Assembly: GCA_032718475.1 (NCBI GenBank)
Contig: JAUCBJ010005882.1
Span: 1-64,000 of the forward strand
Origin: Nemertoderma westbladi
Lineage: Eukaryota > Animalia > Xenacoelomorpha
DNA: 64,000 nt
Direction of reading: 5' to 3'
Shown: positions 48,113 to 61,815 of the stretch, piece by piece
Layout of the letters: every line of letters begins with the position of its first letter
Position numbering within the stretch: position 1 is the stretch's first letter
Notes under the pieces: generated by a model
Told to the model about the DNA's origin: nothing
The model's input: the letters and a program-made list of their open reading frames with translations, nothing else
The model's database searches: none
Translations under genes and position numbers: made by a program

Positions 48113-50870
48113 TACTACTACTACTACTAGGATCGGCATGCTGCATTGCAGCTGCATTTTCAAGAATGGTGTGCCGTCTTTTCAACAAAATTGCGCCGCC
48201 ACAACTCCCTCTCATTAATTACATGTGCTAGATCATCCGCACCTTCGAGGCTAGTGTCCTTTAACCCTATTAAACCCGGGGGGGGGGGGGGTCAATATGA
48301 CCCCCCCCCGTGGTTTTTTTATTATAATTCTGAAACAAACGCAGTTGGGAATCTGAAATTTTATGACTTTTCCTAAAAATCTATTGTCTTCATGGTAGTG
48401 AAAACCGTTTTCAAAAATATTTGGTACTTTTCGAGTTATAGCACCATTTTTTAACCCTACTTTTGGCACTTTTTTTGAGACGTTTTTTGAAAATTACATT
48501 TCATTAAATATGAATTGTAACATCTCTATTTTTGATTTACACCGGTTTTTTGGTGTTAGAAATTGGATGGAATTCATATAAATTGATTTAGAAATTTCAA
48601 ACTTGTTTTTTTCGATGGGTGCCAAATTTTGGTGCCAGCACCAAATTTTGAAATAAGTCAATTTTGTAAATTGATTGTTTGAAACTTGTTTTTTACGCAA
48701 TTGGGGTTTTTTGGGGTTCTGGATTCGATGAAATATATACGAGTTGCACCAAGCGTATCAAACTTATATTTTTCGGTGCTGTGTGCAAATTTTGGTGCTA
48801 GCACTAAATTTTGAAAATCCATTCAATATATAAAATTGCTTGTGACAATTTATTTCTTGCGTTTTAGAGGTTTATGGCTGTTCTGAATTCAATGGAAAAT
48901 ATAATTATCGAACTAGACATCTCAAACTTGTATTTTTCGGATGTGGGTGCAAAATGTGGTGCTAGCACCAAATTTTGAAAACCATCAAATATATCAATTG
49001 ATTGTGTCACCTTGTTTCTTGCGTTATACGGGTTTGTGATGGTTCTGAATTCAATGGAATCAGTAAAAATTTCATAAGAGTTCTCAAACTTGTATTTTTC
49101 GCCGGTGGGTGAAAATTGTTGTGCCAGCACCAAATTTTGGAAAATATGCAAATTGATAAGTAGATAGTATCACCTTGTTTCTTGCGTTATACGGGTTTAT
49201 GGGGGTCCTGAATCCGATGGAATCAATAAAAACAGCACTGGACATCGCAAACTTGTACTTTTTGGTGATGGGTACGAAATTTGGTGCTAGCACCAAAATT
49301 TGCCAAATTACGCCGAAAAATACAAGTAGCAATGATCTGGCATATTAGAAATGTATTACATTAGAATCAGCGCCCTCGAAAACCTGAAAATGTAAATTTA
49401 TAGCATCGTATAAGTGAATTAAAAATTTTGAGTTTTAACTGAAAAGTGCTGGTTACTTGTTTTTTTCATTTTTTTCCTACGCAGAGAGGACTAAACAGCC
49501 ATTTATAGTAATCATATCATTTTTAAATATTTTCCAATGTATTATGCACCCCAAAAAACCTGTATTGAAAAATAATTAGCCGAAAATGTATCTTTCAAAT
49601 TTTGTGAAAATTGTGCACTACTTGTAATTTTGGTGCTGCAATATAACCACCCCAGTACATTTTTTAGAAATTTTTTTTTTTCGGTCGGATCCAGACAAGT
49701 GATACCTACGTACAAACAAAAAATCAGACGTTTTCGTAAATATTTGTAGATTTTAGAGGGGGGGGGGGGGGGGGGTCAATATGACCCCCCCCCCCCCCCC
49801 CCGGTATTTGTACAACATTTTATAGCCCGGTACTAATAGGGTTAAGATGCGTCTCAAGAAATTCATGCGCTGTCTACCATGGTTATTCACTCCATGAGGC
49901 TGTCACAGCACAAGATTATACACTGGCTGGTCCTCACGGCAAAAGCAATGTCCTGCAAAGCGGAGGCGGCTTTGTTCTAGTGTCAAGCTTTGGGGAACCA
50001 TTGAGACACCTCAAATGTTATATAGTATCTGATTGGAGATGTGTGCATTGTACTTGACACAGGGAACTCGCGTAGTATTCTTGTGAATGTGCCATCCAGA
50101 GATTTGGTGTCCTCAGCAGTTAGAGTCCAGCATGGACTCCCATAGAGGAGTACTTGAACTACTGCTGCTCTAAATAATCGGACCTTAAGTTTACGATAAA
50201 ATTTGAGTGACTTCCAAATCCTGGAAAGCCTATTCAAGGCTGCCCATGCCTTGCCCTTGCCTTGCCATGGTGTGCCCCTACTTTTACTTCTATAAAGTTA
50301 TCGGGCAATACCCTGTCATTATTGAGGAGCTTTTCAAAGTGGGCCTTCCAACCATTGAGGCGATCGGCTGGTGATTCAGCCTTAACCTTGGTGGTTGATT
50401 GGCTTTTCCGCCCAGTAAGCAAGTTGATCGATTTCCATGCCTGGGATGATTGCGTAGCTGCTGTCGTCGGCATCATTGATGGCAACAACCTGTTGGTTTA
50501 TAAGCTCCTGTATATTAACAGAGTACTGCCTGTTCAGGGACCTAGATGCAGCCTTAACTGCATTCTTGGCCGCTGTAGTCTGTTTGAGTCGGGACTCTTT
50601 CTACGCCTTATGAAGGTCATTTCGGCACTTCTGAATTTTGTTGTCAGTCCAGGGGGCCCGTTTCCTGTTTCGAGGGTATACACGAACTGTTTCTGCAGCT
50701 GCTAACTTAACTGCTTCTGCGAAGGCAGTATAACCCTCGCAGTGATCTGCTGCCTCAGAGGCAAGAACCTCATACCTGTTGCTCAGATGTAGTGTGAAGC
50801 TGGATCTCACACTTGGCTGCTGCAACAGAGAGGACCGACCAGTCATGCCGCGGCAAGGCGGATTTCATTG
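48113..50870 (-). mobile_element. RTE-like LINE copy split by a TTAA element
   Basis: Same family as 26491-27527, extending further 5' (LSNRYEVLA); (TAG)n tail at 48113-48130. Confidence 0.85.
48265..49841. mobile_element. piggyBac-like non-autonomous element
   Basis: TTAA|ccctatta ... taataggg|TTAA, duplicating the LINE's TTAA; poly-G/poly-C subterminal palindromes; internal ~165-bp repeats. Confidence 0.85.
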
Positions 50871-50896
50871 TTCTGCTACAGTAGCACGCAGACTTA

Positions 50897-53268
50897 GGCC
50901 CGGTTTCTCAAACTAAGTGCCCACTTATCCTAAAATTGCCACTTAATAATTAATTTTAAATGACCACTTTGTTAAATGGTAACCAGGTTTAAGTTAAGTG
51001 ATGTTTCTCATAAAAAGATAACGAGCACTTAACCCTTTAGCACCTAAAGCAGGATTTTATTTGTGCCCCATAATCCTAAACTAAAATCATAAAGTCTATC
51101 AGTCTTTCAAATGTCTTATCAGTCTATCAGTTTATCAGTCTTTCTGTCTGTTTGTCTGTCAAAACTTATAACAGAATACTAACTAACTAACATTCTCGCT
51201 CTGGGGGTTTTAAAGGTCGGTGATTTCATTTCTGATGTCAGTTTTCACTTTTAAATAAATATTGTCTGTTGGTCTGTCGGTCTGTCGGTCTTTCTGTCAG
51301 TCAGTCCGTCAAAACTAAAAAAGAATACAAACTTACTAACATTCTCGCTATGGGGGTTTTAAGGGGTGCTGATTTCATTTATGATGTCAGTTTTATCGTT
51401 TACATAAATCTCGTCTGTCTGTCTGTCGGTCTGTCGGTCATTCTGTCAGTCAGTCTGTCAAAACATAAAAAAGAATACAAACTAACTAACTTTCTCGCTA
51501 TGGGGATTTTAAGGGGTGCTAATTCAATTTCTAATGTCAGATTTCACTTTTACATAAATCTATTCTGTTGGTCTGACGGTCTGTCGGTCTTTATGTCAGT
51601 CAGTCTGTCAAAACTTAAAAACAGAATAAAAACTAACTAACATTCTCGCTATGGAGGTTGTAGGGGGTGCTGATTTATTTCTGATGTCAGTTTTCAGGTT
51701 TACAAAAATCTAGTCTGTCTGTTTGTCGGTCTGTCGGTCTTTCTATCGGTCAGTCAGTCTGTCAAAACTTAAAAAATAATACTAACTAACTAACATTCTC
51801 GCTATGAGGGTTTTGATGGGTGCTGATTTCATTTCAGATGTCAGTTTTAACGTTTAAAAAAATCTAGTCTGTCTGGCTGTCGGTCTTTCTGTCAGTCAGT
51901 CTGTCAAAACTTAAGAAAGTATACAAACTAACTAACATTCTCGCCATGGGGGTTTTAAGGGTTGCTGATATCATTTCTGATGTCAGTTTACACGTTTACA
52001 TAAATCTAGTCTGTCTGTCTGTCGGTCTTTCTGTTAGTCTGTACGACTGTACTGTGGTTGGCATTATGTCATATACCTAACACTAATAATACAGTCTACA
52101 ATACAGCCTATCTACAGTACAGAATGGATTTTTTGCCATGAAGAGCACTAAATGTCATTAATACTGTCCACCAGTATACCTACTCTAAGAGCCTTCCAAT
52201 AAAACATGTATTCCAGCATGACGTCCACTGCACGTCTTAGTGCTGTCCATGGTGACGTGCAGTGGAGTCATAGGCTCTAAGGGGTTAACTAAGTGGCCAC
52301 TTTAATAATTTAAGGTAAAATTTATACTAAAGTGAAAGTTTTAATTCAGTAGTTACCGGACCGGTAGCTAACAGTTCAATCAGTTAAATTTGTTTATATG
52401 TGAATGGAAGATCAATTTAATTTATTTTAATTACGTCTGAGCAAAGGGTGAGAACAAAACAAGAACCCAATACTTTAAATAATAATAAATAATTTAAATA
52501 ATAATAGTAATAATAATTAAATAATAAAATAATTTTAGCTAGGTAGACCAAGAATAATAGCTACCATAAAAAATCTATATATTTATGCCACGGGATGTTC
52601 TAGAAAATTAATTATGTTAAAATCTGCATTAAAATAGCTAGTAAAATATTGTCAATGAATACGTATCTACGGATCTCTTCCCAATATTTTACAGACGATT
52701 TAAAATGCCCTGTAGTGGCTCAGTAGAACAGTATCGTTATATACTTGTACCGGGTAGGAGTCAATGGCTTAAAATGACCGCAAACTCAAAATAAATTGTA
52801 GTGGAAGTTTGAAAATTGATTTGATTAAATTAAAAACATTAAGGGAATGGAGCAGGTTGCAGTGTTTTCAGGTGTTTTCTAACCAAAACAATAAACTACT
52901 GTATACATTATTTCATTTGCGGTCAATTTGCGTTGAAGATCACTATTTTCACTTACGGCCAATGTGCGCCACGATCTGACTTGTAATGGATTGAGTTTGA
53001 TGTTGTTTACCCTTGATTTTCGTCAATGCCTATTTATAACTCCTGGAACAAAATTTACGACACAAAGCAAAGCATTTTTTATAAGCTTAAGACTTACGTG
53101 GCATGATAATGTACCTCCCAGGGCTAGTTAAGTTCTCCCTTAAATGTGAAACTTTAAATGGCCATTTAACTTTTGAGAAACTGCAAATAAATTTAAGGGG
53201 GCACTTAGTAACAAAACACTTAGTTTAAGTGCCCAATTTAAGTTAAGTGAGTTTTGCGAAACCGGGCC
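50897..53268. mobile_element. PIF/Harbinger-like MITE with a nested TTAA element (~51033-52284)
   Basis: ggcccggtttc / gaaaccgggcc TIR; inner ttaaccctttagcaccta / taggctctaaggggttaa with ~150-bp tandem units at 51150-52040. Confidence 0.7.
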
Positions 53269-53840
53269 TACTACTACTAGGATCGGCATGCTGCATTGCA
53301 GCTGCATTTTTAAGAATGCTGTGCCGACTTGTCAACAAAATTGCACCGCCAAAACTCCCTATCACCCATGACATTTGCTAGATCATCCGCATCTTCAAGG
53401 CCAGTGTCCTTTAAGATGCGTCTCAAGAAAGTCATGGGCTGTCCACCATGCTTATTCACTCCATGAGGCTGCCAAAGTACAAGATTATGCACTGGCTGGT
53501 CCTCACGGCGAAAGCAATGTCCTGCAAAGCGGAGGCGATTTTGTTCTAGTGTCAAGCTTGGGGGAACCAATGAGACACCTCAAATGTTATATAGTGTCTG
53601 GTTGGAAATGTGTGCATTGTACTTGACACAATGAACCCGGCGTAGCATTCTTGTGAATGTGCCATCCAGAGATTTGGTGTCCTCAGCAGTTAGAGCCCAG
53701 CATGGACTCCCGTAGAGTACTGGAACGACTGCTGCTCTAAATAATCTGACCTTAAGTTTCCGATTAAATCTCGGTGACTTCCAAATCCTGGAAAGCCTAT
53801 TCAAGGCTGCCCATGCCTTTCCCTTACGTATTCGAACCAC
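53269..53840 (-). mobile_element. RTE-like LINE 3' fragment
   Basis: Near-identical to 26957-27527. Confidence 0.88.
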
Positions 53841-54008
53841 CACTGTTTGGAGGTGGGTAGGACAATATGCAAAAAGGGCCCTATGACAATTGACAAGACA
53901 TTACGCCAAATTTAGAGCTGTTTGTTTGTCAAACGTCCTGTTTGCATAACGTCCGTCGCCCGACTGTGTATGCACTGCACTTACTACAGTATGAACCACC
54001 CACAACCA

Positions 54009-54066
54009 AAGCCGGCACAGCATTCTTAAAAATGCAGCTGCAATGCAGCATGCCGATCCTAGTAGT
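54009..54066 (+). mobile_element. 58-bp 5'-truncated RTE-like insertion
   Basis: LINE 3' end flanked by 15-bp TSD AACCACCCACAACCA (53994-54008, 54067-54081). Confidence 0.85.
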
Positions 54067-55009
54067 AACCACCCACAACCAGTCAATGAGTCATGTATTC
54101 TCCCACGCTTTTCAGATTTAAATTGAACTTTGGCGGGGTCAAATCGACTGTCTGTACTAGATAGTTTATACTTTTTAGTAACGGGTTTTCATCTTTCTTG
54201 AAACGCAACATAAGTAGTAAGCACTACTGTAGGTAGTTGAAACTACAGGTATGATACTGTAGTTAAGACTTTCAACTTCAAACGTTATTGTCACCGGGCC
54301 TAAAGCGTTTGCGTTAATTTAGGCCGAATAGTGATTAATATAATTAGTGATTTAGGTGGGGGGATGTGTCAGTAAGTAATAAATGTTTGCGTATCTGTCT
54401 AAAGTCTAAAGTTCAAGACAGGCAGTGGAATGATAGCAATTACTTCCTTATTGTTTTATACTGTATATGTAAAGCGGCAGGTTGGCAGTATTTACAGTAA
54501 ATTATACATAATAATATGTTTGTTCATAGCATTATATAAGACAGACAGTGTCGTTATAGATAAGTAGTTGTGTACTCCTGTAAATTGTCTCTAAGAGTCT
54601 GTAAGTTTCTGGAAATTAAACCTTTGATATACCGATAGTATTAATAATTTATACAGTATATTACAGTGTCTATATATCATGGCCTACAGTATTCTACACA
54701 CGTGTAGGCCTAGTATGCCATGGTCTATATTTTAGTGGGGAATACATTTGTTGCGATAAAATATACATCTGTACCAGTGATATATATATACAGTAGTCAA
54801 AGATTAGCTGTCGTAGGCCTATGTACTGTATGACTCTTTTTCTTAGTCGAAAGGAAACGACGTTGTAATTCTTCCGCCAAGCACGGTCGACATATCATAT
54901 ACACCACAGCTTCACTGCAGGTTTGCCCATAACCAACTTCCAAGCATTGCGGTAAACGTTGAGTAACGTAAATGTTGAGTCCAACGACAACCTGACATAA
55001 TCCACTAAT

Positions 55010-55660
55010 GTAGATGATCCATTGTCACACCAGATGCCAATTTACCAGCAATTTTAACGCGTTGTTCCTTCGAGACATAAATCGTTATCGTGACCAACAT
55101 GGTTGGGTCGGTATGTAACATGCCCTCCACCTATTCACAAAAAAATCGGTATATTTATATTTATTAAGTTTATTTAATATTTTTGAAATTATATTATTTA
55201 AATATTGCGATTAAGGAATTAGAAAATTTTATAAAGACTTCCTTTATACGACATGGAATAAAAAATTATTTAGGATGGGCGTCTTTAGATGATATACAAT
55301 ATATTACTGTAATAATATGTGAAGACCGGACGAGACCCAACTGGGCAAACCTACACGAGATTATTCACAAATATAATAAAAAATAATAGGAATACAATAA
55401 AATGTAATATATTTAGTTTACCTGTACTATTCAAGCGCGCCGTTATTACACCCGGACAACAAGAATCGATTTTGAGGGAACCTTGAACTTTCAATTCCCG
55501 TGCTGTATGTAGGCCTACTGTTGAAAGGCCGATTCGATAGCTACTGTATAGCACGTAGACCTATCAGTGGCGACGCAGTTTTGGCGATGTAGCGTGGCTT
55601 ACTTGCAGTTTCTTCTTCTGTCATTTTCCAATCATAAAAGTCAGAATGCGTAAAAACAAA
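55010..55660 (-). pseudogene. Degenerate Mutator-like transposase N-terminal region with an intron
   Basis: Pieces DFYDWKMTEEE...RYI, RELKVQGSLKIDSCC...|gtaaac intron ~55421-55131|GGGHVTYRPNHVGHDNDL, SKEQRVKIAGKLASGVTMD resemble recalled invertebrate MULE proteins. Confidence 0.45.
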
Positions 55661-56480
55661 TAATGGCATATATTAACAGGAAGAGGGGACTTCACCCAGA
55701 ACGTGAGATTAAATTATCATTATATAATTATTTAATATGCAGCTCGCCAGGCTGTGCCTACATGTGGCAACCATCACAAAACATTAGAGCCGTTAAGGAG
55801 ATAAACATTAATCAGTATTTTAATGTAAAGTCCCTTTATATCTTGTTAAGCACTGTATATTCGCGTTAATGTACAGATAATTTGACAAAGTAGACCTAAA
55901 ACCGATACCGAAACAAGTGAAATTCTAATTTGATACCATAAACTTTCGTTTCTGTATGGTACCGTACAGGACTGACAGTAGGCCTAGTGCAGAAATGAGA
56001 ACAAGTGAAATTCAAATTTCCCGCGGGAGCCATTCTGCAATTAAATCTGTATTACATGAACCCTGTCTTCCTTCTGAACTTTGGCCTGTATCTGAATTGC
56101 GTTGAGAGTGCTGAGCTTGAGTGCTGACTCAACCCACCGGTACCGCCATATCTGTATACATTCGGAAAGTAGTACAGTAAGAAAAGAAGGCTGTAGTACG
56201 GGCTCAAATCAATTTGGTGCACGAAAGCCCGATTTTTTTGGTTATGGAGTGACTACTGATGGCCTGACCATATGCTGATATGGTTTCCCTCAATTCTGCA
56301 ATTGCAGAATTGGTAAAGTCAGAAAGTAATCGTTTATTGTTTTGGCCTCTGTAACCTGCTCCTCTCCCTTTAAAAATGGGCAATTTTGATAAAAAAAAAT
56401 GTGGTGTGCATGTGCACCAAGTTGATTATTCCCGTAGGATACTGACATACTGACATAGGCCTGTAGGCGTACTGATTACC

Positions 56481-58076
56481 ATGGATTTCTTAACTAAAGC
56501 AGCAGTTATACCCAACGCAATTGGACGTATCCTAACATTACAGGAAATATGTTATACAGGTGTCACCCGGACATTAGCAAAACTAATTATAAGCGCCGAG
56601 TCTCAGAAAAAATCTCCCGATATTAAAGCTAGGCCTATATGTAATTGGCTAGCGATAACTGCACCCAAGCTTCGTATGGTCATGAGGAAATATATACTGC
56701 GTTCTTATATATTGGCATTTCATCAACTGGACGTTATATATGAAATATACGAACTTTGTAATTACGAACAACCTTCGCCATCCACCCAACCCGCCCTACT
56801 GCCTCACAACAAAGAGCGAATAACTTTGCACTACATTATGGAATCCTATAAAGATATATTCATTGCTCAATGTTTCTTTCCCCTGGATATCTTAGTTGTC
56901 GATGGTAAAGAAGTGTTTGGTGAAGAATTTTCCGAAGGTGTAATTCGCAAACTATTACAGTGGGTCCCGTTAATGTCTCCAGGGTTGAGGGAGTTGGATC
57001 TGGATAGATCAGCACCTATCTCGATATCCGAAATGGGGTTTGGTAGAATTAATTTCCCTCAACTAAACACACTAAAGATGAAATCCTTGAAAGTAAATAA
57101 TGACGCAGTCAATGCTATCGCACAATCCTGTCCCAACCTGGTAACCTTGTGCTTTCCAGGATCTGATATCATCACCTTTACGGGACTTCGTTGTCTTCAC
57201 CAACTAGGAAGTTTGCGAACTTTGAAAATAATTCGATGTTGGAAAATATCAGTCGACGATCTAATAGATTTACATGAATTATTACATCGGGTTTCTATCG
57301 TTATAGATACAAATATTGCAATGAAGCTACTAAAGGGTTTAATTAAGCGTGAAATAAATCCATCCGACACAAACTTCAACTTTAATGATTTCACTTTAGC
57401 ATATGACTATGATGTTACAAATCCTATTGAATCTATCTACGACCAACGTAAAGACGTTCTCTCTTACTGCAAAGATACCGTTGAGAGTTTAAGGTTCAAT
57501 TTAAATTGGACACGGGAGTTGACTTGGGGAGTATATCGGACCATTGCTGAACATCCACTATTCGAACCGCTACTAGAATTTGGACATTTAAAGTGTTTGC
57601 AATTTTATAATGTCGATGTTTATGATTATAAATGCATTTCGGATGCCGTTAATAAAGGAGTTACTTTTCCTCAAGTCGATCGCTTAGTATTGAAACATTG
57701 TAATGTTTCGTATGTTGATTTAGTGCGAATGTTCCCAAACTTAAAGGAGTTCACTATAGCTGATACCGATCCCATTATAGGAAACGCCCTCCCACTAATG
57801 AACTCTGTAGAGACCCTTGGTATAGATGTACGGTCTAACATGTCTCTTATAACAGCCCTGCCTAAGTTCCCTTCTGTTAGTAAACTAACGATTGATTTCT
57901 GGATTGTTGAACAAACATTCAATAAAGAAGAGGTTCTACTCGATATGGAGAATTTATTTGCTTCAGAGAATCTCATAGAGAGACTAAAGAGCTTTAGGTA
58001 TACTCAGCGTAGAAAATCAGGTTTCGCGCTGTTTATAGTCGAAATATTTGGGAAAAGATGTAAAAACCTGTTGTAG
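56481..58076 (+). CDS. Intronless leucine-rich-repeat protein (531 aa) with N-terminal BC-box-like motif
   Basis: Long intact ORF with good Kozak context (accATGG); cysteine-containing LRRs (AIAQSCPNLVTLCF, LRTLKIIRCWKIS, FPNLKEFTI); TLQEICYTGV. Confidence 0.8.
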   Translation: MDFLTKAAVIPNAIGRILTLQEICYTGVTRTLAKLIISAESQKKSPDIKARPICNWLAITAPKLRMVMRKYILRSYILAFHQLDVIYEIYELCNYEQPSPSTQPALLPHNKERITLHYIMESYKDIFIAQCFFPLDILVVDGKEVFGEEFSEGVIRKLLQWVPLMSPGLRELDLDRSAPISISEMGFGRINFPQLNTLKMKSLKVNNDAVNAIAQSCPNLVTLCFPGSDIITFTGLRCLHQLGSLRTLKIIRCWKISVDDLIDLHELLHRVSIVIDTNIAMKLLKGLIKREINPSDTNFNFNDFTLAYDYDVTNPIESIYDQRKDVLSYCKDTVESLRFNLNWTRELTWGVYRTIAEHPLFEPLLEFGHLKCLQFYNVDVYDYKCISDAVNKGVTFPQVDRLVLKHCNVSYVDLVRMFPNLKEFTIADTDPIIGNALPLMNSVETLGIDVRSNMSLITALPKFPSVSKLTIDFWIVEQTFNKEEVLLDMENLFASENLIERLKSFRYTQRRKSGFALFIVEIFGKRCKNLL

Positions 58077-58224
58077 GACGCTATGAAGACTTTATTGAAC
58101 TGAACTAAATTTAATTGAACGGGCAACGTGGACTAGAGATGGCGTACGTTTACCTGGGGTTCATTAGGGGTTGGGGTTGAAGGCCAGGGTTGTGCCCTCT
58201 TCTCCTCATCTGGCACACAAACCT

Positions 58225-59415
58225 GAGGGTTGTGTGCCAGGTGAGGGGAAGGGGCCAGGGTTGTGTGCCAGGTGAGGGGAAGGGGCCAGGGTTGTGTGCC
58301 AGGTGAGGGGAAGGGGCCAGGGTTGTGTGCCAGGTGAGGGGAAGGGGCCAGGGTTGTGTGCCAGGTGAGGGGAAGGGGCCAGGGTTGTGTGCCAGGTGAG
58401 GAGAAGGGGCCAGGGTTGTGTGCCAGGTGAGGGGAAGGGGCCAGGGTTGTGTGCCAGGTGAGGGGAAGGGGCCAGGGTTGTGTGCCAGGTGAGGAGAAGG
58501 GACCAGGGTTGTGTGCCAGGTGAGGAGAAGGGACCAGGGTTGTGTGCCAGGTGAGGAGAAGGGGCCAGGGTTGTGTGCCAGGTGAGGAGAAGGGGCCAGG
58601 GTTGTGTGCCAGGTGAGGAGAAGGGACCAGGGTTGTGTGCCAGGTGAGGAGAAGGGAGCAGGGTTGTGTGCCAGGTGAGGAGAAGGGAGCAGGGTTGTGT
58701 GCCAGGTGAGGAGAAGGGACCAGGGTTGTGTGCCAGGTGAGGAGAAGGGACCAGGGTTGTGTGCCAGGTGAGGAGAAGGGACCAGGGTTGTGTGCCAGGT
58801 GAGGAGAAGGGGCCAGGGTTGTGTGCCAGGTGAGGAGAAGGGGCCAGGGTTGTGTGCCAGGTGAGGAGAAGGGGCCAGGGTTGTGTGCCAGGTGAGGAGA
58901 AGGGGCCAGGGTTGTGTGCCAGGTGAGGAGAAGGGACCAGGGTTGTGTGCCAGGTGAGGAGAAGGGACCAGGGTTGTGTGCCAGGTGAGGAGAAGGGACC
59001 AGGGTTGTGTGCCAGGTGAGGAGAAGGGACCAGGGTTGTGTGCCAGGTGAGGAGAAGGGGCCAGGGTTGTGTGCCAGGTGAGGAGAAGGGGCCAGGGTTG
59101 TGTGCCAGATGAGGAGAAGGGACCAGGGTTGTGTGCCAGATGAGGAGAAGGGACCAGGGTTGTGTGCCAGATGAGGAGAAGGGACCAGGGTTGTGTGCCA
59201 GATGAGGAGAAGGGACCAGGGTTGTGTGCCAGGTGAGGAGAAGGGACCAGGGTTGTGTGCCAGATGAGGAGAAGGGACCAGGGTTGTGTGCCAGATGAGG
59301 AGAAGGGACCAGGGTTGTGTGCCAGATGAGGAGAAGGGACCAGGGTTGTGTGCCAGGTGAGGAGAAGGGACCAGGGTTGTGTGCCAGGTGAGGAGAAGGG
59401 ACCAGGGTTGTGTGA
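58225..59415. repeat. 31-bp G-rich minisatellite (~38 units)
   Basis: (gggttgtgtgccaggtgaggagaaggg[ga]cca)n. Confidence 0.97.
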
Positions 59416-61634
59416 CAGATGGTTTAGAGCGTATGGTTAACTGAACTTACAATCATACTTGAGATATTTGAATAGGCGAGAAGTATCGGACCTCGACAGC
59501 CTATTTAGTAACAGTAAGAATGTGTTGGCAAGCTGAAATTTTCGAGGTGTTTGTTATTAGACATTTATTATAGGAAGACACTACATTTACTTTTACAATC
59601 TGGAATTATTTTTAAACATTGAATATTAAAAGCATTAAAATCTTGCCAACTCATAATCTCAACCTTTCGAACGGAATAGTCGAATTTCGCTAAACAGAAA
59701 ATTAGTGAAAAAAAGCGGTGATTTCTGCTTCTTTTATTTAATCAGTAATTAAAAAATGCAATTAAATATCCCTGTTAGCTAATCGAGATAAGTTGTACAT
59801 ATATTTCTAACGGCCACAAAATCTGGATTACCGGAGATCCCCCCTCCCTTTCCGTTGGGATTGATAAGTTTTGTTTAATTAATTACACAATATATTAAAT
59901 ATGTATGGAGGATGAATTGGGTTAAACTAATTATTATTACTTGGAATTTCATACCTTATGTTTTATATAACATTAGGGTCTGAATTATTACATAATACAC
60001 TATATGTGTACTATTGTACACATATAGTGTATAATTATTAATCTGATATTGTTCCAAAATATTTATTTATTATTTATTCGGATGACTGATGTTTACTCTG
60101 CTCGTTTATATATTTGGTAATATTATTATTACATATTATTATTATTAAATTATTGGAGATATGGCCCCGTATGCATAAAACACTTACGACCGTCGTAATC
60201 CTCCGATCGTCGTATGTCAGCAGATACGACTATAGTAAACAAAATCGTTGTGCATAAAAATTGTCAGCCTCTTTGATTGTAAACTTAAGTAAGATTCATT
60301 TGGATCGTAAATTTAAGGGTGCTGCACTCTATCGAGTTAATAAACTTACGATCTGCCCCAGTTTACATTGAACTCAATTTCTATTGGCTAAAAGTTATTA
60401 TAGATATTGTTGATAAGGCTACCTCTATAAAACAATACAACAGTCGTGAATTATCTCTCATTTACCACACTTTAATTTAACAACTTTTTTAAACAAATTG
60501 CACCCCGCTATTTTATTAATTACAATCAAATGCTACGAAATTTCGTACGGTAATAGTTTAGTACTGTTTTTTTTTTACCTCAGACTTGGACGGATTTTTA
60601 ATTTTTTTAAACTATTTCGCAGCTAGCATGCCGTTATAAAAAGTCTATTAGCACTTTTTAACCACCTCTACAGGCTTTATTTTTAGTTTTTGGAATACAA
60701 TCCAGATTTCTAAAGACCATTTTGTCTCTGCAGATTGTGAATATGATAACCATTTTTATATTTCAACAGGAATTGCCTGTGATAGGATACCAGCTTTTTA
60801 ACAAAAATGAAAAGCAAAGGCCTATTTCTTCTGTAACTTTCTCCTTCTTACGTTTCACTTCTGTATAATTTTTTTACTTAGCTCTGCGTTTAAAACTTTT
60901 CAGTTTGTTTCTTCACATATTCTAGAATATATATTCGATTTGAGCTATCTTATACTATGGATGTATGTACGTCTACAGTAATTAGTGGGCACTTTAGTGA
61001 GGTTGCTGTAGCGAAATAAGGTGAAAATTTTAAAAAATCTGGTGTTGTTAAAAAAAGTTGTCATATTATTACGGCCGGGTTGTGGGGTACGTGAACAGTT
61101 ACATCTGTGTTTAATTGGGGGATGATTTATCGACTACGTGTCTCGGCGCAGTGGCGGTACGGCTAATGTCGCGTTACGGCTAATTTTCAGAGTTGCCGTA
61201 CGTAACGCGACTTTGAAAGTCGCGGTACGGCTACTCAAAAAGTCGCGTTACGGCTAATTGTCGCGTTACGGCTAATCTATTGTCTTGGTTTTACATAGGG
61301 AATCATTATCAATATTATTCTACTGTATGGTGTTTACGTACAGATGAGAAAGGTTCGTAAAATTTAATGTAATAATGTTTTACAGCATGGGAGTATCCAG
61401 GGGGGGGGGGGGGGGGGGGGGAGAAATTTAACTAAAAAATCGTAATTTATTAATTATTGTATTATTATTGTTGTATTGAGTACCACAGTACACAGTACCA
61501 TAGGTATATTGGTCGAAAGTATATCAGTATTTTGCCGAAATATTGCACTTTTAATTTATCATTATATTAATCAAATCAAAAGTACTGTATCTAAAACTAA
61601 AGCTCTTGAATTAGCCAGTCATCGTCCGCGTATG

Positions 61635-61815
61635 GCATTTGGTTCGGTGGTGGGGTGGGTTGGAATGGTTCGGACGCGAAGGGGTGGTTCGGGGGTGGGT
61701 TGGGAAGAAAGGGTTCGGCCGGTTCAGTGGTGGGGTGGGTTGGAATGGTTCGGACGCGAAGGGGTGGTTCGGGGGTGGGTTGAGAAGAAATGGTTCGGCC
61801 GCGAAGGGGTGGTTC
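61635..61815. repeat. G-rich ggttcg/gaagggg short repeats
   Basis: Two ~80-bp direct copies plus a partial copy. Confidence 0.7.

Noticed and set aside
59451-59689. Two possible small minus-strand exons (LANTFLLLLNRLSRS..., KFDYSVRKVEIMSW...)
   Set aside because: AG/GT-bounded and open, but their phases are incompatible and no protein similarity was recognised.
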